Assembly (NCBI GenBank): GCA_000388065.2
Contig: KB932204.1
Direction: 5' to 3' (one strand)
Length of the DNA stretch: 64,000 nucleotides
From: Fonticula alba ATCC 38817
Lineage: Eukaryota > Protista > Nucleariida
Below, one piece after another: positions 12,764 through 23,845 of the stretch. A program made the position numbers and the translations under genes. Within the stretch, counting starts at the first letter, position 1. Every line of letters starts with the position of its first letter. A model generated the notes under the pieces. That model did no database searches, had not been told where the DNA came from, and worked only from the letters and a program-made list of their open reading frames with translations.

Positions 12764-15700
12764 TTAAGAGGAAGGCGGACCCGGCGGGGTCTTGGCCGGC
12801 CCGTCGCCAGAAGCCGCGCCCGTCTCGGCCGGCGTTTCTTGCGGGAAGGAAGCAGCCTGAGGAGGCGAGGCATCGGGATGCTGCTGCTGCTGCTGCTGCT
12901 GCTGCTCCTCGCCCTCGGGCTCCCGAGCCGAGTCGGAGAAGTTGGGCAACGTCGAGTGCATGGAGGCCGCCACGTCAGATGCACTGCCTTCCTGCGGGGC
13001 GGAGGCGTCAGGCTGGTCCACTTGAGCAGCATGCGCAGTGAAGCGAGTATTCTGTTGGAGCCAGTGACGGGAGGTCTTCGGCTGCGATGGGGGGGACACG
13101 CTCGAGGCGCCGGAAGTCGGCCTCGCGCTCGGGTCCTGACTGAAGTTCGGAATGAGGAACGGGCTCTTGGGGGCATTGGCGTTCGCCGGGGCCTCGGTCG
13201 GGCTGTCAGCCCGGGAGAAGGAGCTGCCCGAGGAGAGGGAGCTACGCATGCGGATGCCCTCGCTGCGGCTGAGAGCCTGGGCCGCCATGTCGGCCGCCGC
13301 GCGCAGATAGGCATCCTGAGCCATGCGCTTGGAGGCGGCGGTCTGGGCCTCGAGGCTTTGGCGGACGATGCGCGAGAGATTCGGCGAGAGAATGGTGGAA
13401 TCCATCTCGTCGATGCGCTGCTTGCGCGCCAGAGCCACGCACACCTGGGTGGCCGGATGCATGCCGCAGTACAGACAGAGGCCGAGGCTTTCGCGGCGAC
13501 TGCGCTCGTCGTGCGAGGGAACGTGCTTGCGCTCGACCGGGTCCCACAAGATGCCCCGGTGGGCCAGGTAGGGACAAGGGTCGGAGGAGATTTCATGGAG
13601 CCCACAATACGGGCACAGGCGCAGGCGCCGACGCTCATTGGCCAGGGCCAGCGATACCCGGTGATGGCCGAGGAGGAAATCGAAGCCACCCTTGCGGATG
13701 ATGCCGGAGCAGGGCTCCGACGCCGGGTGCAGGCCACAGAACCGACACAGCCGGTGCTCGCGCCGGCGTTCATATTCCTCCTGGGTGACCTGGTACCGGC
13801 CCAGGGAATTGAAAGTCAGCTTGCCGGTGGCCAGCAGCAGGGGACACGCCTGGGTGAGGGGATGCTCGCCGCAATACCGGCATAGGTCCGCCTGCTCCTC
13901 GGTCCAATCATCGGACACCGGATGGGCCAGCGCCTTGCCGAGGGGAAGCAGCTCGCCCCGGCGACCGAGCGACATGCGCTGGACCCAGGGCTGCGGACAG
14001 GGCTCGGTGGCCGGGTGCTGGCCACAGGCGGCGCAAAGCCCCGACCGCAGGCGCATGGTCTTGGTGGCTTCACTCAGGTGGTAACGGCCACCGGCATAGT
14101 GGTAGCCCAGGCGCAGGAGAACCATGCACAGCTCATCGGCCTCGTGCAGGCCGCACACACCGCAGGGGACCATGATTTCGCGCAGGGTCACCTCATGACG
14201 CAAGGTGGCCGAAGACTGGTCCGGCAGGACGGTCGAGCGCTCTTGCAGCAGGGAGGCCACCGAGCTGAAGAGATTCACCGCAGCCAGGATGGAGGTGCTC
14301 TGGCGGGGGAGCTTGGGAAGTTGCTCGTCCACGGTCTGGCGGAAGAGATTAACCAGGGCCTCCACCGATTGGAGGACATCCGGTTCGGCGACCGCCGGCA
14401 GGGGAGAATCCCCCGAGGGGGGATGCTGGTGCGCATGCCGGTGCTGGCCATCGTCCCCAGCCTCCGGGTGATTGCACTGGGCATGGTCATGGTGGGCGGC
14501 GTGGGGCGGATTGCCATCGGCATTGGAGGCGATCTCCGACAGGATCGGAGACCAGGCGGCCGCGTGCCCTGGCGGCAGGGGCCGAGCCGGCGGGGTCGTC
14601 TGGCCAATGGCCGCCACCATCAAGTTCGTCAGGGCCTTGGCCGCCACGGCGAGCGACACCTCCACCGAGGGGAGATGCCCACTGGGGGTCAGGGCGGCGG
14701 CCGTGCCGATGGCCTCGCGTTGGCGGGCATCCTGCAGGTCGGCCTTGACCGAGCCAAGGTCCGGCCAGCCCAGAGCCGGGCCAGTGGAAGGAACATACGA
14801 CCCGCCACGACGCTCTTCCGATCTCTGGCCAATGGCCGCCACCATCAAGTTCGTCAGGGCCTTGGCCGCCACGGCGAGCGACACCTCCACCGAGGGGAGA
14901 TGCCCACTGGGGGTCAGGGCGGCGGCCGTGCCGATGGCCTCGCGTTGGCGGGCATCCTGCAGGTCGGCCTTGACCGAGCCAAGGTCCGGCCAGCCCAGAG
15001 CCGGGCCAGTGGAAGGAACATACGACCCGCCGGCCAGATCCAGCCCGCGGGCAAGCTTCAATGGGCAGGCTAGCCCATGGGGATGGCCATGGCAGTCGGG
15101 GCAGCGGGGAAACCGGTCCACCGGGGCACTGACATCGTGGCCGGTTTGCGCGCGGTAGCCACGCAGGCACCACCAGTCAACCACCGGGCAGATGGTTGCC
15201 CCGTGCGGCGGGGCGCCGCAAAAGACACACAATTGCGCCCGCGACCGGCGAAGGTACTCGGCCCCGGTGACATTGGTGGCCAGCAGCCCCATCAAGGCGT
15301 CCAGGTAGAGGAGCGTCTGCCGGGCGTCGTGGGGCCCGGGGGTGGAAGAACCAGCGGCGGCCGGCTGCAGGAGCGACACCAGCTGCGACAGGGTGCTGGA
15401 GGTGGGATTGGCGGTCAGCTTGGCGAGGGCCTCGGCTCCCAGGGGATCCGGGCCGGTGGGATTGGCCGGCGGGGCGGGCATGAAAACCGGCACCGAGGCC
15501 GGGCCGGGACCGGGGCCGGGGCCCGGTCTGGACGGCTTCAGCGATTGTAAAAGGGGATTGGTGGCGGCGATGCGCCCGAGGACCCCGGTCAGGAGGTGCT
15601 CATCGCGCCGGGCCTGCCGGGGCATGGTGGTGGGGGAAACCATGCGCACGCCGGCCGGGCCGGGAGCGGGAGCCGGGGCATTGGCCGCCTCGGCCAGGAC

Positions 15701-16405
15701 CGCGGCCGTGGGCGCCGTGCGTGGATGCCCCATGAACTCGGCCTGGAGGGCGGCAAATTGCGGATGGATGTCCGGCGCCTCGAAGGGAAGCAGTTCCGGG
15801 TTCGGGTCATCCTGCCGGAAGGGCAGAACCCGGACCGAGCGCCGAGGGGACCGGCTCGGCCGGCTTGCGGCCCGAGTGCGATCCTCCTCCGGCTCGGTCG
15901 AGGGGGTGGCCGTCGGGGGGTCGGATGAGGCAGCGGTGGTGGTGGTGGTGGCGGTGGCGGCGGCAGCGGCGGCCGTATGGTCGCTCGGAGGCAGGGGCGG
16001 CGGATGCGGGGTGTCCGTGGCCGAGGTGGAGTAAAAGGCCCCCGGGCGCCGGCCATGGGTGGCCGGGGCGGGGAACCGGCCACGCGGCGGCCCGGCCCCG
16101 ATCAGCGAGTCATAGCCGACCGGGCGCCGGACCGGATATCGCGAAGCACCAGTGCCGGGGCCGCTCTGCACCAGTGACACCCCGACTGCGGCGAGGGCCG
16201 GCGCGGCCACGAGCGTCGAGGCGGCCAGGACCACGCGCAGGCGCCCGGCCGCCAGGTGGGGCGGCCCAAGCGAAAGCCCACGTTCTCCCAAAGCCGGCAG
16301 CAGGGCCGCCGGCAGTCGATCGATCGACCCGGCCATGGCGGCCGGGGCGACTCGCGGTGCCCGGGGACTGGCGCGACCCGGGGCGACAGGGGCTCCTCGC
16401 GACAT
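12764..16405 (-). CDS. Intronless protein (1213 aa as assembled, about 1138 aa after removing the artefactual duplication) with eight CCHC zinc-knuckle-like motifs
   Basis: One long ORF with host-like codon bias. Motifs are CVFCGAPPHGATIC, CPDCHGHPHGLAC, CGVCGLHEADELC, CAACGQHPATEPC, CRYCGEHPLTQAC, CRFCGLHPASEPC, CPYCGLHEISSDPC and CLYCGMHPATQVC. The start could be 16405 or 16336, or lie upstream across the gap at 16457-16609. Confidence 0.8.
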   Translation of the reverse strand: MSRGAPVAPGRASPRAPRVAPAAMAGSIDRLPAALLPALGERGLSLGPPHLAAGRLRVVLAASTLVAAPALAAVGVSLVQSGPGTGASRYPVRRPVGYDSLIGAGPPRGRFPAPATHGRRPGAFYSTSATDTPHPPPLPPSDHTAAAAAATATTTTTAASSDPPTATPSTEPEEDRTRAASRPSRSPRRSVRVLPFRQDDPNPELLPFEAPDIHPQFAALQAEFMGHPRTAPTAAVLAEAANAPAPAPGPAGVRMVSPTTMPRQARRDEHLLTGVLGRIAATNPLLQSLKPSRPGPGPGPGPASVPVFMPAPPANPTGPDPLGAEALAKLTANPTSSTLSQLVSLLQPAAAGSSTPGPHDARQTLLYLDALMGLLATNVTGAEYLRRSRAQLCVFCGAPPHGATICPVVDWWCLRGYRAQTGHDVSAPVDRFPRCPDCHGHPHGLACPLKLARGLDLAGGSYVPSTGPALGWPDLGSVKADLQDARQREAIGTAAALTPSGHLPSVEVSLAVAAKALTNLMVAAIGQRSEERRGGSYVPSTGPALGWPDLGSVKADLQDARQREAIGTAAALTPSGHLPSVEVSLAVAAKALTNLMVAAIGQTTPPARPLPPGHAAAWSPILSEIASNADGNPPHAAHHDHAQCNHPEAGDDGQHRHAHQHPPSGDSPLPAVAEPDVLQSVEALVNLFRQTVDEQLPKLPRQSTSILAAVNLFSSVASLLQERSTVLPDQSSATLRHEVTLREIMVPCGVCGLHEADELCMVLLRLGYHYAGGRYHLSEATKTMRLRSGLCAACGQHPATEPCPQPWVQRMSLGRRGELLPLGKALAHPVSDDWTEEQADLCRYCGEHPLTQACPLLLATGKLTFNSLGRYQVTQEEYERRREHRLCRFCGLHPASEPCSGIIRKGGFDFLLGHHRVSLALANERRRLRLCPYCGLHEISSDPCPYLAHRGILWDPVERKHVPSHDERSRRESLGLCLYCGMHPATQVCVALARKQRIDEMDSTILSPNLSRIVRQSLEAQTAASKRMAQDAYLRAAADMAAQALSRSEGIRMRSSLSSGSSFSRADSPTEAPANANAPKSPFLIPNFSQDPSARPTSGASSVSPPSQPKTSRHWLQQNTRFTAHAAQVDQPDASAPQEGSASDVAASMHSTLPNFSDSAREPEGEEQQQQQQQQHPDASPPQAASFPQETPAETGAASGDGPAKTPPGPPSS
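14600..15031. other. Assembly artefact: 207-bp exact direct duplication (14600-14806 and 14825-15031) separated by Illumina TruSeq adapter sequence
   Basis: Bases 14806-14824 read CACGACGCTCTTCCGATCT, the 3' end of the Illumina read-1 adapter/primer (…CTACACGACGCTCTTCCGATCT). The offset is 225 bp, so the reading frame is preserved. Confidence 0.93.
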
Positions 16406-18404
16406 TGAGCCAGGACAAAGAGGGGGTTGGGGTCCGGGTTGGGGCGGGGCGGGGGGNNNNNNNNNNNNNNNNNNNNNNNNNNNNNNNNNNNNNNNNNNNN
16501 NNNNNNNNNNNNNNNNNNNNNNNNNNNNNNNNNNNNNNNNNNNNNNNNNNNNNNNNNNNNNNNNNNNNNNNNNNNNNNNNNNNNNNNNNNNNNNNNNNNN
16601 NNNNNNNNNGGGGGGAGAGACAGGGGAGGGCAGAGGAGGAGAGAGGACGAAGACGCGCGGTCTTCCGGACGGCGGCGGCGGCAGCAGTGAGCGGGGCCCG
16701 AGCCAGCTGCGTCGACTGGGCGCCGAGGGGCGTGAAGAAGTCTACAAGGCGCGGCTCGCGGATGCTCGGGACTGCGAGGGTGGGAGGACGCGGTGGTCAG
16801 CAATCGACCTCGACAAAAAGCAGCATGAGGAGGGACGGGATACGGGGCGAGTGCGGGGAAGGGCGGAGCGCACTCGCAGCGACGGCGGCCCACACGGAGG
16901 CGCGGAGTCCGGAAATGGAAGAAGAGGAGAGGGGGGGGAATCCAGGACAGCTGACGAGCAAAGGTCTCTCCAGAGAGGAACAGGGACGGGGCAAAAGGAG
17001 GGCGAACGGGAGAGGGTGAATGGGGATGGGGGGGGGGGGGAGGGGAGGGAGGAGACCTGTGCAAGGGGCTTCGGACGTGCCGGCCTGTGCACCGGGGGCC
17101 GTTCAGTCGCCCCGGTAGCCAGCCCAGAGGAGCATGTTCGGCAGGACCCCCCCCCCCCCCCCCCCCCCCCCGTCAGCCGGAAGAAGCGGCACTCCGGGCA
17201 GAGGGGCGCCGCGGAACCGGCCGTGCCCGCACGGCGGCCAGCGTGCCTCTAAAGTGCAGCCAGGTCAGGGCGTGGGGCACGGACAACATGTGTGCCTGCC
17301 CCCCCCCCCCCCCCCCCCCCCGGAGGCGCGTGCCGGCCAGCCCCCTCTCTGGTGCTGCCTCGCGGGGGCCCCGGGACCGAGTCGAGAAGGCAAATGTTGG
17401 GGGCCGGTGGGCATCTGACTCTTCAGAATGCGGGAGCAGGGTTTATCTTGACTTGCATTGGGAACTCGAGTTCGTTCATGAGTCACAGTTTGAATCGCAC
17501 CTAAACCCATGCTGGAGAGCGGGGGCCGGGCCGCCGGCCTCAAGATGAACACCCAACTGATCATCACCGCCCTCGGTTAAGCCAGAGCGAGGAAGGCGAT
17601 CAAGGATGCGCCAGGGTGTCCTGCGTTGGTATTTCGCCGGCATGTGATAGGCGGAACGGTATTTTGTCCTGAGCGTGAGGGATTTGCGAGGGATTTGGCC
17701 CGCCCGCCGAAAAAGGGAGGCGATGGGCGGTGAACATTCTGAAGGCCACTTCTCGGCCCCGCCCCCCGCGGCCGTGGGGGGCGCGCGTGTGGGGGCGGCT
17801 GCCGGCATCTGATGGCGTGAGGGCGGGGACCTTTCGCCCCCTGTCCTCTCTCTCTCTCTCTCTCTCCCTCTCTGCATGCTTATGTATGCGCCCCCGCGGG
17901 AGGCGTTCCATTTTTCTCTCCCGGGGCCAAGCCCCCTCCGCTGGTGCGCGCGGTGTGGGGGCGCCGCGGGGCCGGGGGCCGGGGGCGGGGGGCGGGGGGT
18001 GCCAGTCGTCTCTGCACGCAGGAGCACCGCGGAAGGCAGGCCTCGGGCCCAAAGGGCGGAAAAGGAGTCATACTTTATTCGGGACACATTTGCACCGATG
18101 CCCGGGCCGAAAAAAAGAGGGCCCGGTGGCCGGCTATCTCGGCTTGGCCCTTTGGTGGTCCTGCTGCAACCGGACGGGTCCTCTCTGCCAGGTGGTGCGG
18201 TGGCGCGCCGATTGCGCTTGTGCTTCCAACGGAGCGCGCCTCGGGCCGGCGGGGGGCAGGGTCCGGGCCGGAGGGACTTGTGAAAGTCTGCCCGAGGGGC
18301 CGGGGCGGCCAAATGCCAAGGGCGTAGGCGCGATGCGCCCGCGCGATGGCCAGGTTGTTCTCCACCCAGGCCCACGCCCAGGGCTGCGGCCGGCCCTCCG
18401 TGAC

Positions 18405-18442
<38 letters not shown>

Positions 18443-19630
18443 CCGTGGACTTCTGGTCTCCCTTTCTCCATCTCTCGTCCTCGGGCTCTTTCCGTGCATT
18501 CCCGCCGGTCCCTTGGTCCATCTCTCTTCACCCCCGGTTGGAGGATTCCCAGCCACGGCAGGGATGCCGGGAAGTGCGCCCCAGCAAGGCGTCGACAAGG
18601 GAGGGGCGGAAAAGGAAGAAAAAGACGCCGCCAACAGCACTCGCTCCCTGCCCTGTGGGCAGGGTGCCCTGCCCTTCGGGTCGCCCTGGGCGCCAAAACC
18701 CGGCGCTCCTCCATTGGCAGGGGACTTTGCCCGGCCCCGGGTCCCCTGCCTTCACGGCCCCTCCCTCGGGAGTTGATTTCTCTCCCTCGCCGCTGGGGCT
18801 CCGCGGCAAGGTGGTTACTGTTGCGCGCGAGTCTCTTTTTTTCGCCCCCCCCCTCTCGCCCCAGCCCCTCGTCGAGCATGTCGATCACACATTGGCCTGA
18901 GATTGTGTGCCGGTCCTCCCCCACTTGCCTGGGGCCAAGTGTCCATGATGCTCCCCGGGCTCGGGACCGGGGCCGCCCCGTGTGAGGCCCAGCTTCGGGG
19001 GGGGGGAGCCCCGGCCCAGCCGGCCCGGCGCTCGGGCCGGTGCTCGCCACGCGCAGGGGGCTCGCGATCTGGCAGGCCGCGCGGCTCCCTGCCAGAGACC
19101 TGCTGGCAGGGCGCCCCCGCCCCCGGAACGAGCGACACCCCGGACCGCGCTTTTGCTTTCGCCATCGGCCTTGGCCGGCCATACTTGTTTCACTTTTCTC
19201 TCGTCGGGGGCCTCGTTGGGCCAGGATCTATTCCCCCCTCCAGCGGCCCGCCCCCCTCCGGCTCCTGCCCCGCGCGTCTTGCGGGTCCCGTCACACAATG
19301 TCGCCCGCCTTCCGGCCATTCCGAGCGGAAGCAGCATCTGCCCTCGGTCGTCCGCGCACCGGCGAATTCAAGGGCGAGATCCATATCCACCGGCCGCACG
19401 CTGGCCTCCCCGCCACAGCCAACGCCCTTCTTCCCCCCTCCCGCGCCCCATCACCCTCCTCCCCCCTCCCCCCTGATCTCCCTCCCTGCTAGTCCCCTTC
19501 GGAAGCCTTCTCCTGTCTGTCCCTTCCACCGCGTCAGTGCCGTTCTCCCGTTTTCTCCCCCCGCGTCCGGCCGGCCCTCCCCTCCGCACTCCCCACCCCC
19601 TTCCTTTCTCCTGCCCCCATTCATCCAGGC

Positions 19631-20113
19631 ATGGGCTACGACGGGTCCTCTGCCCAGGCGAGCCCGGCTGTGCCGGCAGCCACCCCGCCCTTGCACCCCC
19701 CGATGCTGGGAGATGGCGACACTTCCATTTCCTTGAACGAGCAAATGTACACCGCTCTGTCGATGCCGGTGTCGCCGAGCCAGGCCGATGTCTCCTCGCC
19801 GGCAGTGCCCCCCGACACCGCCATCCCGGCGGCCCGCTCCGGCGCCGCCCCGGCTGGCGACGCGCCTCCCGCTCGCAAGCGCGAGGCCGTTGTCGATGTA
19901 CGCTCCATCTTCACCGGCTTATTTCTTCTCTCTCTCTCTCTCTCTCGCTCCCTCCGTTCCTCCGCCTCTTTTCCCGTGTCGGGCTCCCATCGCCCATCGC
20001 CCATCGCCCATCGCCCATCGCCCATCNNNNNNNNNNCGTGCTTCCTCGGCTCTTCAACCTCAAATGTGCCGATGGGGTTGGACATCTTCCTCCGTCCACC
20101 TATCTCCGTATGC

Positions 20114-20148
<35 letters not shown>

Positions 20149-22726
20149 CGGGCGGCATTGTCAATTGTTACTCCACAGTCCATGCCGACCGGCCGACCTT
20201 CTATACCGAGCGCCAAGACGGCCTTTATCGGCTGTTCCCCTTCTACATGGCACGTATCTTGGCTGATCTGCCCTTCGACATCGGTTTCTCCTTGCTGTAC
20301 TCGATCCCGATCTACCTGCTGGCCGGGTTGGATCTGGAGGTGGATAAGGTGCGTGCCTGGTCTCCTGCACCGGAGTCCCCCGGGCGCCTGTATGTGTGTG
20401 TGTGTGCTTGTGTGCTTGTGTGCATGCGCACGCCAAATCAGCGTGCTCTCCCTCGCCCCCTCTCCCCCCCCCCCCGTGCACTCACCAAAATCCATGCCTT
20501 TCACTACGCGCAAAGATGGTCGAAGAGGAGCCGGTCTTCCAGCCCAGCTCTCGCTCCGTGCGCATCGACGTGCGAAACCTCAACTACATCGTGCAGCCCG
20601 GGCTGGACCTGGACGCGCAGGCCATCGGGGCGGTGTTGACTCGCGGTCGCCGCGGCATGCCGACCCCGCGCAAGCTCCTGGACGACGTTTCCATGACGGT
20701 CCTGCCGGGGGAATTGTGCGCCGTCATCGGGTCCTCCGGATCGGGCAAGACCACGCTGCTGGATGTGATCGCCGCGCGGCATCAATCCGGCGGCGGGATG
20801 TTCGCCGGGAGCTCGCTATCCGGCGATGTCCTGCTGAATGGACTGCCCCGGACGACGGCCCGGATTCGAGCCGTCGGCGGGTATGTGGCCCAGGAGGACC
20901 GTCTCCCGGCCGAGCTGACCGTGCGCGAGGTCCTGTCCTTTGTGGCACGCATTCGCATGTCGCGCGACATGCGCGACGAGGAGAAGCTCCGCCGGGCGGA
21001 TGCGGTGGCCGCCGAATTGGGGCTCATCCATGTGGCGCACACGCCGATCGGCGGGTCGGCCACCGTGCGCGGTGTGTCTGGAGGCGAGCGTCGGCGTGTG
21101 TCCATTGGCACGCAATTGCTCCTGGACCCGGCGGTGCTCTTCGCCGATGAGCCGACCTCCGGGCTAGATGCATACACCGCACGGCATGTGGTGTCCACTC
21201 TGCGTGGCTTGGCCCGAGCCGGGCGCACCGTTCTCTGCACCATCCATGCCCCGCGGGCCGATGTCTTCCGGATGTTCGACAAGGTGATGATCCTGTCCCA
21301 GGGCCAGGTGGTGTACTTCGGGGCAGTCGAGCGGGTGGTGGACTACTTCTCCAAGGCCGGGCATCCGTGCCCCATCTACAGCAATCCCTGCGATTATTAC
21401 CGTACGTGGTGCCCTTGTCATGCTTCCGCGGCCTCTTTGTGGCCTCTCTCTCTCTCTCCTTTTGTGGGCCTCCCTCCTTCTCTTTCCCCTGCTGCTCCTG
21501 GCCTCGCCTGGCCACCTGTGCATGGACTTATGCTTTTTCTTTCATCCCCCCCCCCTCCCTCCCTCCCTCCGTCTGTCGCCCCGCTCCCCATGCCCGATGC
21601 CCCTCTGGTGCCGGTAGTCGACTTGTCCACAGTGGACTTCCGCTCGGAGCGCCGGGAGCGCACCTCCCGCGCGGTGGTCAAGAAGCTGGTGGATTACTAC
21701 CGGGCCAACACCAAGTTCGCCACCGGGCACCTGCCCGAGGAGGATCCCCTGCATCAGCAATCCCGCGCAGATGCCAAGCTCCGGTTGATCCAGGCCTCGG
21801 AGCAGGATGCCAGCGTGGCGGCCGACAATGCGGCCCTGGCATCGGCCTCCGACGGCAGCAAGGGCAGGTCTCTCTTCTCGCGGCGCAAGTCCGCGGCCGC
21901 CGGCGATGGTGGGGACATCCCGATGGCCGACCTTTCGCCCTCGCTTGAGGACACCTCCCCGGCCAAGGTCCTTGGTGGGTCGGAGGAGGACTTCCGCGCG
22001 GTGACCGGGGCCTCGGTTCTCGAGCAGTTCCGTCTGCTGTATCTGCGTTCCGTGATGTTCCGCTTCAAGGTATGTTTGGTTTTGACGTCCCGCGGCCGGC
22101 CGGCTGCCGGCTGTCTGCCTGGGGGGGGGGGGAGGGTCATGCTGCTCGATGCACTTGTCCACGCATGCGCACACACGCACGCACGCACACACGCACGCGC
22201 CCGGTCACATTCAACCACTCGACCTGCTGACCTTTCCCGACACAACACACTGCCCCTGTTTGTGACACGCGCGCACATGCCCTCTTTCTTTCCCTCTGTC
22301 TCCCTCTCCCTCTCTCTCCCTCGCCGCCCTCTTATCCATCGCACACAAATGCGCAGGCTCGCTCGGCGCTGTTGACCGAGTTTGGCCAGACGCTGGCCAT
22401 GGGCCTGGCCGTGGGTGTGGTCTTCTATGCCCTTGGCAGTGACCAGGTATCTGTGCAGGATCGCTTCGGCTTGTGCTACATCGTGTCGACCCTCTTCCCG
22501 TTCATGGTCATCCTGAGCACGGTGGCGAAGTGTGCGTTTAGATTGTGCCCATTGTGCCGGGGCTCCCCTGTCTCTCCCATTCAAACACCCTCCTTTGCCC
22601 CTCTTTCTCCCCCTCTCTCACACGATTTTCCCCTCGCGCTTGCTTTTGGCGTGCTTCCTCGGCTCTTCAACCTCAAATGTGCCGATGGGGTTGGACATCT
22701 TCCTCCGTCCACCTATCTCCGTATGC

Positions 22727-22759
<33 letters not shown>

Positions 22760-23845
22760 CGGGCGGCATTGTCAATTGTTACTCCACAGTCCATGCCGAC
22801 CGGCCGACCTTCTATACCGAGCGCCAAGACGGCCTTTATCGGCTGTTCCCCTTCTACATGGCACGTATCTTGGCTGATCTGCCCTTCGACATCGGTTTCT
22901 CCTTGCTGTACTCGATCCCGATCTACCTGCTGGCCGGGTTGGATCTGGAGGTGGATAAGGTGCGTGCCTGGTCTCCTGCACCGGAGTCCCCCGGGCGCCT
23001 GTATGTGTGTGTGTGTGCTTGTGTGCTTGTGTGCATGCGCACGCCAAATCAGCGTGCTCTCCCTCGCCCCCTCTCCCCCCCCCCCAGGTGGTTCTTCTAG
23101 ATTCACTTTCTCGGCCAGCCTGAAAGCCTGACATCGCGAGCTCTCCCCCTTTCGCTCCCCCCCCCCCCCCTCACCCACTCACCCCCGAGGTCAGTTCTTT
23201 GCCTTCCAAATTGTGATTTTCCTCTGTATCTACGCCAGTCGGTCGATTGCCGTCGGTGTGGCCTCCATGGTCCCGCGCTTCCAGCAGGCCTCCTTCGTGG
23301 CGAATTTCCTCTTCACCATGTTCCTTCTTCCCTGCGGGTATGTCATGCATTCCTCTCGTTGGATGGCAAAGCAGCCGAGCCGCCTGATCTCCACGCCTTC
23401 CCCTGCCCGTGTGGTGGCGAGACACACACCATTGACATGATGCATCCCCCTCTCCTCGTCCCTTCGCAGGTTCATCTTCAACATGGACACCGTCTGGATT
23501 GGGATTCGCTGGCTCAGCAACATCTCCTTCGTCACGTTCACCTTCCAGGCTCTGTCGGTCAATGAGTTCCGTGACCAATCCTTCGATTGCCCAGCCCCAC
23601 CGGTTGGCAGCATGGACGGCCAACTGCCGCCTGGCTTCGAGTCTCTGACGCCGGAGCAATTGGCACAGTACGCTTCTGGCGAGTTGACTTCCTGCCCCAT
23701 CCCGGATGGCGAGTCGGCCCTGGAGTTGTACGCCATGAGCAGCGTCAATGTCCTGCACAATGGCATCTTCCTGGTTGCGGTGACCGTCTTCTTCCGGACT
23801 CTCTGTTTCCTTGCCCTCAAGTACATCAGCCAGCGGCCGCGGTAA
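19631..23845 (+). CDS. ABCG-family half transporter (NBD-TMD), ABCG5/ABCG8-like, multi-exon
   Basis: Walker A GSSGSGKTT, signature VSGGERRRVSIG and Walker B/D-loop LFADEPTSGLD. The motif GHPCPIYSNPCDYY|VDL resembles ABCG8 CPRYSNPADFYVDL. TMD motifs include ERQDGLY and WIRWLSNISFVTFTFQALSVNEF. Stop at 23843-23845. Confidence 0.9.
19987..20026. repeat. (CCCATCG)n heptamer tandem repeat running into a 10-N gap
   Basis: About 5.7 perfect units directly before N20027-20036. Confidence 0.9.
20037..20474 (+). repeat. Near-identical copy of 22650-23085 (ABCG intron + TMD exon + intron) placed inside ABCG intron 1
   Basis: The copies appear identical over about 437 bp, including intronic sequence, apart from one extra GT unit. 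The block starts at a 10-N gap and ends in a poly-C run. Confidence 0.9.

Noticed and set aside
14600-15031. 69-aa exact tandem repeat in the zinc-knuckle protein as a biological repeat domain
   Set aside because: The spacer is Illumina adapter sequence and the copies are identical, so this is an assembly artefact.
12764-16405. Active LTR retrotransposon
   Set aside because: No protease, reverse transcriptase, RNase H or integrase motifs and no long terminal repeats are visible around the ORF.
17476-19182. 568-aa minus-strand ORF and overlapping ORFs
   Set aside because: The Arg/Gly/Pro-rich translation passes through GA microsatellites (ERERERER), typical of GC-rich non-coding DNA.
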